NCBI GenBank assembly: GCA_963786955.1
Contig: CAWBAT010000004.1
Span: 768,001-832,000, forward strand
Direction of reading: 5' to 3'
DNA: 64,000 bases
DNA from: an uncultured Acidimicrobiia bacterium
GTDB taxonomy: Bacteria > Acidobacteriota > Terriglobia > Versatilivoradales > Versatilivoraceae
Shown here: piece after piece, positions 22,701 to 34,676 of the stretch
Layout: each line of letters opens with the position of its first letter
Position numbering within the stretch: the stretch's first letter is position 1
Program-made: the position numbers and the translations under genes
Notes under the pieces: generated by a model
Databases searched by the model: none
The model's input: the letters and a program-made list of their open reading frames with translations, nothing else
Told to the model about the DNA's origin: nothing

Positions 22701-23343
22701 AAACGGGGTGATCCGGAGTGAGTGCCCGGGCACGATGGGCATGAACCCATTCATCATCAATCATCGCGCGAATATCCTCGAGGGCCAGCTCTTCAATCTT
22801 CATCACCTCATGAGAAGAACGGAACCCATCAAAAAAATGCAGAAACGGAACTCGCGCTTGCAGCGTGGCCGATTGGGCAATGAGCGCAAAGTCCATGACC
22901 TCTTGGACGGAGTTTGAGGCCAACATGGCAAATCCGGTGGCACGGGCTGCCATCACGTCACTATGATCTCCGAAAATGGAGAGCGCATGCGTGGCTACGG
23001 TTCGGGCTGCAATATGGAAAACGGCGGGAGTCAATTCTCCGGCAATCTTGTACATATTCGGGATCATGAGCAGGAGTCCCTGAGAAGCGGTAAACGTCGT
23101 CGCGAGAGCTCCGGTCTGCAATGCTCCGTGGATCGCTCCGGCGGCGCCCCCTTCACTCTGCATTTCTTGCACGATGGGAACTGTCCCCCACAAGTTCTTC
23201 CTGCCTTCGGCAGCCCAGGCATCCGACAATTCTCCCATCGGTGAGGAGGGGGTGATCGGGTAGATGGCGATCACTTCGTTTGTCAAGTAAGCCACATAGG
23301 CAGCGGCTTCGTTTCCATCTATGGTAACCAAACAGCGATTCAT
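19766..23343 (-). CDS. nifJ: pyruvate:ferredoxin (flavodoxin) oxidoreductase, two apparent frameshifts
   Basis: [59 protein letters not shown]. Confidence 0.96.
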
Positions 23344-23833
23344 GAAATCCCTCCACTCGGATTCTGGCTTCAGCGTATGGTTCTTGTATCAAGTACTCAT
23401 GGATCGCTTAAGCGACCCTCTTCCCTTGCGTTGGGTCCGTGGCTTTTTCACAACAATTCCGCGGAGTTTAGGATCTAGTACTCATTTCCCCTGTTCATTG
23501 GTGCACTCGGTTTTCCAAAAGACTCAATATAGCTCTAACACCATGTAGATCATGAAGTTCCCCAGTCGATAACCCAACAATGGACTAACTCAGCAAGCTA
23601 CTATTTGAGCAAAATTGGGGCATATCCCGCAGAGCTAAGCCCAAATCAGGTTTCAAATGTGGGTGAAACTGGACTGTCTCTAGAGCCTTGAGCTAATCAA
23701 CGGATCTCCCGGTTCTTTGGTCTTTTTGTTGCTCATATAATTTACACTTCGGTTCAACGGCATTTGTAAAATCGATCGAAGCAGAAATACCTCATTCCGA
23801 TTGGGCTAAAGGCAACTCAAAAGAGGAATCATT

Positions 23834-25141
23834 ATGGAAAAATCCATTAAGCGTCTTCGAAAGAAAGAAGAATATCGGATGCGCACCCATCTCATTCATG
23901 GAAATTACGAGAGCCGGCGCTGGGATTATGACCACCATGTCATCCCACCAATTTCTTCCTCAACCACATACCGCCTGAGCTCGTCCCAGCGCGGGGCTCA
24001 GGGCTTCCTGGATTTCGCGTCGTCTGAGCCAAATGAGAAGAAGGTTCCGATCTATATTTATGACCGCCTCGACGAACCGACCAGAGGGATGCTTGAGGAA
24101 AACCTGGCCTATGCGGAAGGGGGAGGCGTGGCAGTAACCTTCTCGACAGGAATGGCCGCCGTCTCTGCCGCCCTAGGGGTTATCGTTGGCGCAGGGGACG
24201 AAATTATTGCTCACCATGCGATGTATGGCTGCACTTACAGTCTTCTGTCCAATTGGTACCCCCGCTACAAAATACCAACCCATTTCTGTGATCTCTCTCA
24301 TCCAAAAAACTTCAAGAGCCTGATCAATCCCAAGACTCGAGTGGTTTATTTCGAGACTCCCGTTAACCCCAATCTCGATTTGATTGACATTCAAGCCATC
24401 CGAACTGTCATCGAGCGCGCCAATCACGATCGGCCCTCCGGGAAGAAGATTCTGATGGTCATCGACAACACTTTTTCAACATTCTATTGCCAACGTCCCC
24501 TGCAGATGGGCGCAGACATGGTTGTCTATAGTTTGACGAAAAACATTGGAGGCTTCGGAACCGACATGGGCGGCGCCGTCATCGCTGCTGAAGAGTATCG
24601 AAATCACCTGATGCTTTACCGGAAAGATTTTGGTGGGGTCTTGTCTTCAAAGAGCGCCTGGGCAATTCTCGTTTATGGCTTGCCAACTTTGGCCACTCGC
24701 ATGACAAACCAACAAAAGACGGCCTTGAAAGTTTCTGAGTTCCTCGAGGGTCATCCCAAAGTGGCGTATGTCCGGTATCCGGGCCTGGAAAGTTTTCCCC
24801 AGGCAGAATTAGCACGACGCCAAATGACCAGTTACGATGGCAAGTTTGCACCGGGGAGCCTTATTTACTTTGTGCTCAAAGAAAGCGGGAAGAATGAAAA
24901 CCAGGTCGGAGAGAAGTTTATCGATTATTTAGCGGACCACTCCTATACCATCACGCTGGCTGTGAGTCTAGGCCAGATTAAAACCTTGATCGAAAACCCT
25001 TATTCGATGACACATGCGGCCTTGCCACCGGAGATGAAGAAAGAGAAAGGGATCGAACCTGGCGGAATACGACTCTCCGTGGGTCTGGAAGACTGGCACG
25101 ACATCATTGAAGATTTGGCTAAGGCACTGGAGAAGATTTAG
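23834..25141 (+). CDS. PLP-dependent Cys/Met metabolism enzyme (methionine gamma-lyase/cystathionine lyase family)
   Basis: YDRLDEPT, STGMAA, FETPVNP, DNTF, SLTKNIGG, AVSLG, IRLSVGLE. Confidence 0.9.
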   Translation: MEKSIKRLRKKEEYRMRTHLIHGNYESRRWDYDHHVIPPISSSTTYRLSSSQRGAQGFLDFASSEPNEKKVPIYIYDRLDEPTRGMLEENLAYAEGGGVAVTFSTGMAAVSAALGVIVGAGDEIIAHHAMYGCTYSLLSNWYPRYKIPTHFCDLSHPKNFKSLINPKTRVVYFETPVNPNLDLIDIQAIRTVIERANHDRPSGKKILMVIDNTFSTFYCQRPLQMGADMVVYSLTKNIGGFGTDMGGAVIAAEEYRNHLMLYRKDFGGVLSSKSAWAILVYGLPTLATRMTNQQKTALKVSEFLEGHPKVAYVRYPGLESFPQAELARRQMTSYDGKFAPGSLIYFVLKESGKNENQVGEKFIDYLADHSYTITLAVSLGQIKTLIENPYSMTHAALPPEMKKEKGIEPGGIRLSVGLEDWHDIIEDLAKALEKI

Positions 25142-25279
25142 GAGTTGCGGAATTCTACCGGAACCGGCACTTATTCTCGTCGTTGTCCGCGGTTATTGCC
25201 AAGACCGAAGAATACTCCGAAAATGAGTACCAATACCTTCAACTTCTTTCCGAATCGACCGGTTGGTGAAAAGCTTACT

Positions 25280-27016
25280 TTAAGCCGGTAGATAAGAGAT
25301 ATATTCCGGGTACCACATCTCCTCATCCACCTTCGTTTCGATTAAGTCATCCCGATAGGCTCTCCCGATACCACAATCTCGCGCTTCACGAACAACGGCG
25401 ATTGCGACATGACGCGTCACCTGACGAAGATCTGAACCTCTGGGATAGAGTGAACCCTTCGCCAGCCTTTCGTCGGAAATAATTTCTCCCAAGGCACGCG
25501 CCGCAACCAGGAACATTTCTTCGGTGATTTCATGAGCTACGCTTACGATCGCCCCGAGTCCTACCCCTGGAAATACGAACACATTGTTGGCCTGGCCGAT
25601 AACATGGACCCTGCCCTGATACTCCACAGGCGGAAATGGGCTCCCGGTGGCGACCAATGCTTTCCCCTCGGTCCACCGCAAGATATCGGCTGGAGCCGCT
25701 TCGGTCTTCGAGGTGGGATTGGAAAGCGGGAAAATCATGGGTACCGGAACGTGCTTCGCCATCTCCCGGATGACCCCTTCGGTGAATGCCCCGGGGACAC
25801 CGCTGGTCCCAATCAGGATCGTGGGCTTGAAGTGACGCACAACAGTTTCAAGATCATAGCGGTCTGAAGGGGGAAATCCATACAAGCTCATTTCCGAGGA
25901 GTGGAGTGCGAATGGTTTCTTGTCTTCATCGATTGAGGCTCTTTCGTCGAAAATAAGTCCCTGGGTATCCACCATGGCAATGGCTTCTTGAATAGTCTTT
26001 TCACTGGTTCCTTCCTGGCGCATCGCGAAGCGGACGAGACGGGCAATGCCAATTCCTGCGGCTCCTGCCCCCAGAAAAACAAACCTTTGCTGACACAGTG
26101 GCTGACCCAGTTTCCTCAAACCTGCGAAGATGCCGCCCATGATAACAGCCCCGGTGCCTTGAATATCATCGTTGAAGCAGGTGATACGATGACGGTATCG
26201 ATCCAAAATGACGGATGGCATTGTGCTGCTTAAAGTCTTCCCATTGCAGCACAACATGGGGAAAGACCGTGGAAACCCCTTCCACAAAAGCTTCAATGAA
26301 CTCATCATAGGCACTCCCACGGATCCGCGGATGACGATATCCCAGATAAAATGGGTCATCCAGGAGCTCCTGGCGGTCTGTCCCCACATCGAGGGAAATC
26401 GGTAAGGTCTTGGAAGGATGAATACCGGCCCCTGCCGTGTAGAGGGCCAGCTTCCCTACGGGGATTCCCATTCCTCCGGCACCCTGGTCGCCGAGTCCAA
26501 GAATCCGTTCGTTATCCGTGACTACGATCAACTTAACTTCTTCCTGCCGGGCATTATGGAGCAGGGTTGGAATTCTGCCGATGTCATCGGGGGTGATCCA
26601 CAATCCACGGGCCCGCCGAAAATGTGACTGAACCGCTGGCAGGCTCTACCCACCGTCGGTGTATAGACAATCGGCATGAATTCATCCAGGTTCTCCACCA
26701 GGACGCGGTAGAAAAGGACCTCATTGCGATCATGAAGCGCCGCCAATCCAATGTATTTCTCCAGATCATCACTCTTGCAACGCACATGCTCGATCTCTAA
26801 AGCAACCTGCTCTTCGATCGTCGTCATTCTCGGAGGTAGCAACCCCCTTAGCCCAAACAGGTCACGCTCTTCTTCGGTGAAGGCCGTATCTTTGTTCAGG
26901 GATGGATATTCCAGCAAATCTACCCCACGGAATGGAACTTCCGGGACGACGGAGTGGCTTGCATGCTCAGTTTTGACTGTATTCATGAATTCTCTCTCCT
27001 TCCTGAAATCTGTCAT
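25280..27016 (-). CDS. maeA: NAD-dependent malic enzyme (two apparent frameshifts)
   Basis: [55 protein letters not shown]. Confidence 0.92.
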
Positions 27017-27112
27017 GAAGTGGCCCTCGCACTCGAGACTTCAGGCAATAACGGATTGTGAGTCCTCAACGGTTCACTATCAATGACATCTCGTTGAACT
27101 GCCAAAAATAGC

Positions 27113-27490
27113 CTACTTCTCCCGGTTTTCTCGTGATTCGAGTTGTCCAATGGTTTGATCCAACCACCGGAGGAGTTGTTCTTCCAGACGTTGCTTGTCC
27201 CCGGCTCGTAGCAATGAGTCAATGGTCTCTCCTTGAGGATTCAGAGGAATAAACTGACAAGGGATCAACTCATTGTAATGTGAAGGACTTACGAACTCGG
27301 TCAGGAAGCACTCGGTACAAGGATGGAGCTTTTCAACTTCCCCTAGGTTGAGACAGGTAATTGAGTCACGAAAATACTCCAACTCTCGCCGAGGTGCACG
27401 AACCGAACATCCGTAACCACCATCAGCCAGAATGCTTCTCTCCAACTTCAGTTTCGCAACAATCTCAGACGTAGGAGCTTTCATCTTCAT
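27113..27490 (-). CDS. Cys-rich hypothetical protein
   Basis: DGGYG, DSITCLN, PCTEC, PCQFIPL..GET; RBS and its own sigma54-like promoter. Confidence 0.75.
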   Translation of the reverse strand: MKMKAPTSEIVAKLKLERSILADGGYGCSVRAPRRELEYFRDSITCLNLGEVEKLHPCTECFLTEFVSPSHYNELIPCQFIPLNPQGETIDSLLRAGDKQRLEEQLLRWLDQTIGQLESRENREK

Positions 27491-27521
27491 CCCCCCTCGA
27501 TATAGTAATCATTTTCAAAGA

Positions 27522-27536
27522 GCATCTGCTTTGCCA
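27522..27536 (-). promoter_or_regulatory. putative sigma54 promoter
   Basis: Minus strand TGGCAAAGCAGATGC, about 30 bp upstream of the ATG at 27490. Confidence 0.55.
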
Positions 27537-27872
27537 AGACAGAAGTCGAAATCCAGAGGGAAGTTGGAGCTGTCAGGTTTCAGCCGAATATAGCTGAAAT
27601 GCCCCATCCGCGAGTCAAACCACGCGTATTTTCAAGGGCAAAGGAAGGCCAGTTAAAGTGGCAAATCCCGTTGCCGCAACCAGAACTCTGAGAAGTCTCC
27701 GCTGAATCAGATTCAGGAAGAGCTCGTGGTATCGGGGATGCTGCTAATCGGTTGGGCAACAAACCCTTTATCGTAGCTTCTTTCCTGGAACCGAAGGACC
27801 AAGGGTCCACAAATATGACCCACAGGAGAATTTGACCCGCAGGCTTGATTCAATCTCTAGAAAATTTGAATT

Positions 27873-27887
27873 TGGCCCCCGTATTGC
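27873..27887 (+). promoter_or_regulatory. putative sigma54 promoter
   Basis: TGGCCCCCGTATTGC upstream of the small ORF at 27998. Confidence 0.5.
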
Positions 27888-27997
27888 GAGTTGATCGGGA
27901 AGAGACGGTGTGCCTGCACACAAGTACGAGGGATCAAGCTGACCTCCATCTGCTCACCGGCAATGTCTCCCCTAATCTCTTAGGTAGGAGGACCGCC

Positions 27998-28132
27998 ATG
28001 TTTGAAGGAATGGAAGAACTCACAGGGCAAAAGAATAAGAATAAAAAAGAGCAAATTGTGGAATGCTCGCTCATTTGCGTAGGAATCGCCGTATTTCTTG
28101 GAATCATGGTCTTGGCTTTGCTCTTTCTCTGA
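27998..28132 (+). CDS. 44-aa single-pass membrane microprotein
   Basis: AGGAGG RBS 6 nt before the ATG; MFEGMEELTGQKNKNKKEQ followed by a hydrophobic helix. Confidence 0.65.
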   Translation: MFEGMEELTGQKNKNKKEQIVECSLICVGIAVFLGIMVLALLFL

Positions 28133-28387
28133 TCCAAAGAGAGTGGAGAGCTGCAGTTTCTGTCCTGTCGGCCGAACCCATGCATTTTGCGATTTTCGAT
28201 CCTTTTGACTCCATCTTCCCCAAACCATTTATCCCTTTCAAAATATTCTAGGTTTTTCTCTGCCTGGATGGGGAATTTGACCTTTGTCTGGAAATTTCAC
28301 CCAAGGATAACTTGAGCAGATTCAACCCGTTAAATATATTTCTTATTGAAAAAAAACACTTAGATTTTGCGAGCCACGAATTCAACA

Positions 28388-28402
28388 TGGCGACTCAAAT
28401 GC
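28388..28402 (+). promoter_or_regulatory. putative sigma54 promoter
   Basis: TGGCGACTCAAATGC just upstream of the receiver gene. Confidence 0.5.
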
Positions 28403-28423
28403 TTTTTGTGCGTTGAGGAATTC

Positions 28424-28786
28424 ATGAAAAGCGGAAAAGCACGAGTCCTGGTGGTTGAGGACGACAATTTGTTTTTGTGGACACTTATTCATTTTCTGGA
28501 AAAGGAAGGGTATGAAGTCGTTTCTGCAGCTTCAGGCGAGAAAGGCTATGAAATAGCCCAGAAAGGCGTATTTCGATATCGTGATATCCGATTTTCATCT
28601 TCCAGGCCTCAATGGGAAAGAGCTCATCAGGAGAATCAAGTCCATTCAACCCACCACTAAAACGGTTTTGATTACTGCCTACCAACCTGAGGAGATGACA
28701 AGGAAGAAGGTTTCCTGAATGCTTATTTAAACAAGCCCATCGAACTCAAAAATTTGCGAAAAGTTCTGCAAGAGCTGATGACTTGA
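28424..28786 (+). CDS. single-domain response regulator (frameshifted)
   Basis: VLVVEDD, then DIVISDFHLPGLNG..LITAY..KPI in shifted frames. Confidence 0.8.
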
Positions 28787-29190
28787 GTTGATATGCGACC
28801 GATCCAGGCGTCTCTAACACGAGTTGATTTCTCTCACATCTCACTCCATTCGAATCACAATTGGCTTAACAGGATAGCCGTTAACCAATGATCTATCAGG
28901 ACACCAGGCTCTTGCTCGCACCCGCCAGAATTGGGGGATTTAGCCAACCCTTCTCGCGAGAAGCAGGCTTTTCCACCCATGCGGATTTGATTACTCCCCC
29001 GTACAACTGTGCAATAACCATGAAAAAGAATGAGTTATTGCCTTGGTATAAAGATTGAATGTTTTGCATTTGAGTGCGCGGCTTCAAGTGATCGTTTGAA
29101 ATTCAAAGGATGTGGAAGGGTAAAAAGTCTTGGAATTCTTTCCCCGTCGACCCGACTCGAGTACCCAATTTTTCTGAAGTAGTTCGAGAT

Positions 29191-30367
29191 ATGAATTCTG
29201 CTCAAGGGCAGTTTATTCATCCTAATCCACAAGACATGTCGAAAAGCCACTCGCATGGACACCCGGCGGGAAGAAACGACTTGCGACTGGTGTTTTGGGA
29301 AACCACTTCAGCCTGCAATCTCGAATGCATCCATTGCCGCCGGACGGACGTTGCCTAGGAATTGGCCAAGACTGACCTGAATACCGAAATGGGCAAGAAG
29401 TTCATTGATTCGCTGAGCGATTTCTCCAAGCCGATCCTGGTGTTCAGCGGAGGAGAACCTCTCTTCCGGAAAGACATTTTCGAACTGGCAAGCTATGCAA
29501 AGGCAAAAGGTCTGACAACAGTCCTTGCGACGAACGGGACGCTTGATCAACGAGGAGATGGCGAATCGGATCGTAGCGGCTGGTTTCGAAAGGGTCGCCA
29601 TCAGTATTGATGGGAGCGAATCCCGCCACGCATGATCAATTTCGCGGTATCCCGGGCTCATTCTCGCGTGCGATCGAAGGCTTCAGGCGACTGCGCCGAG
29701 AGAGGCATGAGCATGCAAATCAATTGCGCTCTCGCCCGTCACAATGCGGAGGAAAAAGAAAGACTTTATGATCTGGCTCTTGCGCTGGGCGCTACTGCTC
29801 TGCACATCTTCATGCTGGTACCCGTCGGCTGTGGGATGGAGATTTCAGAACAAAATCAGCTTCCAGCCGAAGAGTACGGAGCCATCTTGAATTGGCTTTA
29901 CGAAAGATCGAGAGAAAAGAAACTTCAAATCAAGGCCACTTGTGCCCCGCATTATTATCGAATCATGCGGCAGCGGGCTAAACAAGAAGGAATCAAATTA
30001 TCCCATGCGACTCACGGACTCGATGCGGTCACTCGAGGATGCCTGGCGGGTTCGGCGGTCTGCTTTGTCTCGCACAAAGGAGAAGTCTACCCGCGTGGCG
30101 TACCTTCCCGTTACAGCCGGGAACGTCCTGACGCAAACTTTCTCGGAGATATGGGAGCGCTCTCCCATATTCTTGCAGCTTCGCGATACAGGCAATCTCG
30201 GGGGGAAATGCGGAATCTGCGAGTATCGAAACGTGTGTGAAGGCTGTCGCGCCCGAGCGTTTGGAGAAACCGGAGACTTTTTGGCCGAAGAACCCTATTG
30301 CAATTACTCTCCTCAGAGCTCGAAAGCAGTGACACCGCAGTCAAACTTTCTGACTCCAGCACGATAA
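29191..30367 (+). CDS. ahbD: radical SAM/SPASM heme b synthase (AhbD-like); one internal stop and frameshifts
   Basis: LRLVFWETT.ACNLEC.HCR, FSGGEPL, KATCAPHYYR, GCLAG, GKCGICEYRNVCEGCRARA. Confidence 0.8.
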
Positions 30368-30549
30368 CATTAGACACAGAACTTCATGCTCTGACCGGAT
30401 TCTTTGAGTCCGGCTTCAAACGCCGAGTAATGAATTTTCACCCGGTTAGAGCAAGTGGATGGTGATCGATACGCGCTCACTTTTTTCAGCACGTCCCGTT
30501 CGAGGGCCTGGGCAGCATTGAACCCTGGCTGCGGTCGGTTCGGGCTGCG

Positions 30550-31638
30550 TCACCATCGCTCAAGTCTCTTGAGAATGTCGGGTTGTATTTCTTCGGAGGC
30601 GGCGATACACAGGTATAGGCCATTGGGGTTCATGGCGTTGATAAAGGGTTCCAACTCGGACAATTGTAGGTCAACGAGGACCGATTTGCCGGCGGCCTGA
30701 ATGCGTTTGATCAGAGGCAACCATTGCAGGATGGGCAAGTCATCGCCGACACCCTGTGCCCATTGAATCGCATGAATTTCCGGGACCGCCAGAATACGGT
30801 CGAGGTGGCGGATCATTCCCTTGCCATCGACATGAAAGACAATGTGAGTCATCGCCCGAACTTCTGCCAGCAGGCATGGGAGATAGAATTCGTCGAAGCC
30901 TCTGGTCGATATGAGTGAAGTGAAATCACAACTGGGGATATGCATTTTGCCTCGAGAGGGTATGCCCATCCAGGTGGCGGACAGCTGGCCGTGAGCCTTA
31001 AGTACAGCGTCATAATGGTCAAAGAGTGGAAGGAAATTCTCGTTGGCTAGGCGGACAAGCTCGTGGACCTTTTCAGGACAATCAACCAGATCGAGGCATA
31101 ATCTTTCCGGGTCTCGCCAGTCGGCTGCACAGTCGAGGCTGCCATGGAGGTCGGTGTAACCCACCATGAATCGGCCCTCGCTTTTCTGGAGGGCAACGTC
31201 AGTCAGTTCCTCGATCTTCTTGAAATACAGATTCTCGCGGTTGAATTTCAGTTTCGCCAAGTCAGACCACTCATGGATGCAGTGACGAATCCACGAGGTG
31301 ACCTCGCCAAACTCCAGGTCGACATCATGAAAAGCGGCATAAACGTTAGGGCCGAGATTTGGCCAAAACACGGGAAAAGTCTCCCCCAGAAAAGTCCGTC
31401 CACGAATAGACTCAATAAAAGAATCAACTTGAAACTCGGCGTCGAACCAGCGGGATTTCAGATCCGGCCAGGTTTTCCCGGCCATTGTGCGTGATCCGGC
31501 GAAATCCACGTTGTGCTCCGAAAAACGAACGCAGGGACGATCGATCATTTCGTTAGCAAACCATGCCTCCACCCGTTTCATCGCCATATCGAAATCTGGC
31601 TTGCACTCAAGTTCCATCTTGACCCTCACTTGTTTCAA
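30550..31638 (-). CDS. URO-D/CIMS-superfamily protein of unknown function
   Basis: WPNLGP, YTDLHG, CDF...S, FHVDG, AIQW..G pattern. Confidence 0.7.
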   Translation of the reverse strand: MKQVRVKMELECKPDFDMAMKRVEAWFANEMIDRPCVRFSEHNVDFAGSRTMAGKTWPDLKSRWFDAEFQVDSFIESIRGRTFLGETFPVFWPNLGPNVYAAFHDVDLEFGEVTSWIRHCIHEWSDLAKLKFNRENLYFKKIEELTDVALQKSEGRFMVGYTDLHGSLDCAADWRDPERLCLDLVDCPEKVHELVRLANENFLPLFDHYDAVLKAHGQLSATWMGIPSRGKMHIPSCDFTSLISTRGFDEFYLPCLLAEVRAMTHIVFHVDGKGMIRHLDRILAVPEIHAIQWAQGVGDDLPILQWLPLIKRIQAAGKSVLVDLQLSELEPFINAMNPNGLYLCIAASEEIQPDILKRLERW

Positions 31639-31773
31639 CCTGTGATCTTCCTGAGCTTTTAAATAATCTCTGAGTATCCGTCCATTTCTTTTCTATGAAA
31701 TTTTTCCTCAATTCTGCTGCAATCGACTTGAGTTCTATCAAGTCCCTTTGCGTTTCTCTTCAATGGAGGATTG

Positions 31774-33000
31774 CTAGGAAATAGCCGCAAGCGGCAGAAA
31801 GACCAGGAAAGTCGATCCCTTTCCCAACTCCGATTTCACCTGGATCGACCCGCCCAGTTCCTCCATATATTTCTTACACAGGGCCAGCCCGAGTCCCGAA
31901 CCCTTCGAACGAGTCGTAAAGAAGGGATTGAAAATCTGGTCTAAATGTTCTGCCTGGATCCCGGGACCCCTGTCAGTAAAAGCAATCGAGGCGCGCTCGT
32001 CCTTCTGATCCAGGGTGATATCGAGTCTCCCACGATGCTCCATCGCTTGAACGGCATTCAAGAAGATGTTGATGATAATCCTTTCGACCAGCATAGGATC
32101 TGTGTTGACGACAACCTGGCTCCGGAAATGTTTGATCACCTCAATCTCGTGTAGTTGTGGATCGTGCCTAAACCCTTGAATGACCGACTCCAGTAAATCG
32201 TTGAGAGAGATCTGAGTCTTAGAGGGAGACATAGGCTTGGCATATTCGAGCAGATCCTGGACCGCATGATTGAGGCGGTCGACACGCTGCAAAATTTCAA
32301 CCATCAGTTGTTGGCGAACTCCAGCAGGAAGATTGTTCTCAATCAAGACTTCGATGGCCCCACGAATTCCAGCCAAGGGATTGCGGATCTCATGGGCAAC
32401 ACCTGCTGCCAGCTGTCCAATCTCTGCCAGCTTTTCCGTTCGAAACAGTTGCGCCTGAAACTGTTCGTTTTCGGCCGTTGCCTTGAGTAAAGCAGCTGTC
32501 CTTTCCTGGACTTTAATCTCTAATTCATCATGCGCCTTTCTGAGTGCTTCACGAGACTGAGAACGTTCTGTAACATCTCGAATGATGGCTGTAACGAGAA
32601 TTCCTTCTTCGGTTCTTAACGGGCTCAAACTGATTTCTACGGGAAACTCTGACCCGTCCCGGCGGCGGGCGATCAGCTCCATCCCGCTACCCATGGCTCG
32701 CGTTGCGGGAGACGAATAGTATTTTTCGCGAACGATAATATGGGGCGCGCGGAAACGCTCTGGAACAAGTATTTCGATAGGCTGACCGACCAAATCTTCC
32801 CGGCGATAACCAAACATTTCTTCAGTTTGTGAATTCACAAGAATAATGTTGCTGCGGCTATCGGCGATGATGATACCGTCTGGAGCCGATTCCAAAAGGC
32901 CTTGAAAGAGCTCCTGGGAAAACCGCTGAGTTGAGCCGTCACCACTATGATGCGGTCCGGGCCGAAGCGTCTTTTCCGAATGGAGCTTTCGTTTACGGAT
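31774..33000 (-). CDS. PAS-domain sensor histidine kinase (FixL-like PAS); orphan
   Basis: ESAPDGII..ILVPERFRAPH..RRDGSEFPVEISLS; AHEIRNPL, NAVQA, DRGPG, GSGLGL. Confidence 0.9.
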   Translation of the reverse strand: MRKRKLHSEKTLRPGPHHSGDGSTQRFSQELFQGLLESAPDGIIIADSRSNIILVNSQTEEMFGYRREDLVGQPIEILVPERFRAPHIIVREKYYSSPATRAMGSGMELIARRRDGSEFPVEISLSPLRTEEGILVTAIIRDVTERSQSREALRKAHDELEIKVQERTAALLKATAENEQFQAQLFRTEKLAEIGQLAAGVAHEIRNPLAGIRGAIEVLIENNLPAGVRQQLMVEILQRVDRLNHAVQDLLEYAKPMSPSKTQISLNDLLESVIQGFRHDPQLHEIEVIKHFRSQVVVNTDPMLVERIIINIFLNAVQAMEHRGRLDITLDQKDERASIAFTDRGPGIQAEHLDQIFNPFFTTRSKGSGLGLALCKKYMEELGGSIQVKSELGKGSTFLVFLPLAAIS

Positions 33001-33089
33001 AGTCCCTCCTTAAAAGGCTGCTAGCAAGAACTGTTGCGACATGGGCTATGACAAATCGTCTTGAAGTACAGGATCCATGTCAAAAGATG

Positions 33090-34560
33090 TCAATTGTCCG
33101 GCTCCCCCCATAATTTCGAAATCAGGCGGTCAGCGCATCTCTCTCCTCGATGAATGCAATCGGGGATACCAATGCCGGTAAACGCATTGCCGGCAAGCTG
33201 AAGAGTAGGAAATTTTTCCATTCGTGCTTCAATGTCTGCCACCAAGTCCAAGTGTCCAACTCGATACTGAGCCATGGACAAAGGCCATCGCTCGATCCTG
33301 AATAATATGGGGTTCGCCACTATTCCCAACAATTCTTTGAGATTCCGTTGGATCACCCGAAGAATTTCGGCATCTTCGTATTCGAACACTTTGGGGTGCA
33401 ACGCCCCTCCCATAAAAACTCGCAAGAGGGCAAATGCCTTCGGCGCTCGCCCTGCAAATTTTACATGGGAAAACGTACAGGCCAACATTTCCCGGCCTTC
33501 AATAGCAGGAACTACAAATCCAAATCCATTGATGGATTGGCGAATGTCCTCTATGCGATAAGCCAGATTCACTGTCGCTGTTGAGGCATACCGGATCATT
33601 TTCAGTTGCCGGGAAATCTCTGGATCGACTCCCTCCAACAGGTGGCCCGATCGATACGCTGGAAGGGCAAGACAAACAGCATCCGCTTCCATCTCCTTGC
33701 CATTTCCAAGTCGAACACCCCACAACTTCTGGAACGAGTCCCAGCGCAAAGAGACCACTTCCGCATTCAATTCAATCGCGCCGGCTGGAAGTTTCTTTTC
33801 AAGCGATTGAATCAATACGTTCATACCCTCCCGTAGCGAAGCAAACAAACCGTAGCGTGGACCGGAAACTTGAGCGTGGTTGTTGGAAGAGAGTTTCTTT
33901 CGCTGCTGGAGCATCCCGAAGATGAGGCTGCGATGTTGCTTTTCCATTTCCAGAAATCGAGGCATCGTTGCCCGAAGGCTTAGTTCCTCTGGATCGGATG
34001 TGTAAATTCCCCCCACTAAGGGTTGCGCCATTCTTTCGAGGGCTTCGCGTCCAAGCCTCCTGCGTACAAAGTTGGCAAGGCTTTCGTCTTCTCCTTCATG
34101 GGCCACCCTCCGTCGAGGCAGAACCAGGTCCGCTGCCATGCGAATCTTGCCAGCCCAGCTGAAAATGCGGTGTCGAGACGACCGGCCAGATCTTGGTTGG
34201 AGCCATTAAATAAAATCCATCCGGAACGGGAAGCAGTCTCCCTGCTCGAACGATGAAGGTCCTTCGGTGATTCTCGTTGGTGCCAATGAGCTGAGGTTCA
34301 ATTCCAATCCTCCGACATAGCTCCAGTCCCCAGGGTTTCTCGGTGATAAAAGAGTCGGGGCCTCCTTCCAGCAGGAATCCTTCCTGCTGGACGGTATGGA
34401 TCACGCCGCCTAAACGATCCGAAGATTCAAACAACCGCAGGTCAACAGCGACTTTCCGTCGCTGGCTTTCTTCCACGACTCGATGGGCGGCGGCAAGTCC
34501 CGAAATGCCCCCGCCAATAATAAGGATGCGGGGGCTTCGTTGATTGATTGGGAGATTCAT
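33090..34560 (-). CDS. hemY: HemY-type proto/coproporphyrinogen oxidase (frameshift near 34160)
   Basis: IIGGGISGLAAA, EGGPDSF, PLVGGIY, QYRVGH, GIGIPDC. Confidence 0.92.
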
Positions 34561-34676
34561 GAGGAAGATGAGTATGAACCAGAGCGGGCCTAAGGGCTCA
34601 AGGAGATATAAAAGGAAAGCAAATTTTCTAGAGAAAACATCCAGGGTGATCTCCTATAAGACCGTCTCATGCTCTC

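Noticed and set aside
27659-27674. sigma54 promoter TGGCAAATCCCGTTGC
   Set aside because: GG-to-GC spacing is one base too long
29044-29058. sigma54 promoter upstream of ahbD (TGGTATAAAGATTGA)
   Set aside because: The -12 element is GA rather than GC; too weak to call
29356-29358. In-frame TAG in ahbD as pyrrolysine or stop recoding
   Set aside because: It is a single case in an error-rich gene, there are no pyl genes in the window, and TAG is a normal stop elsewhere; probably a miscalled sense codon
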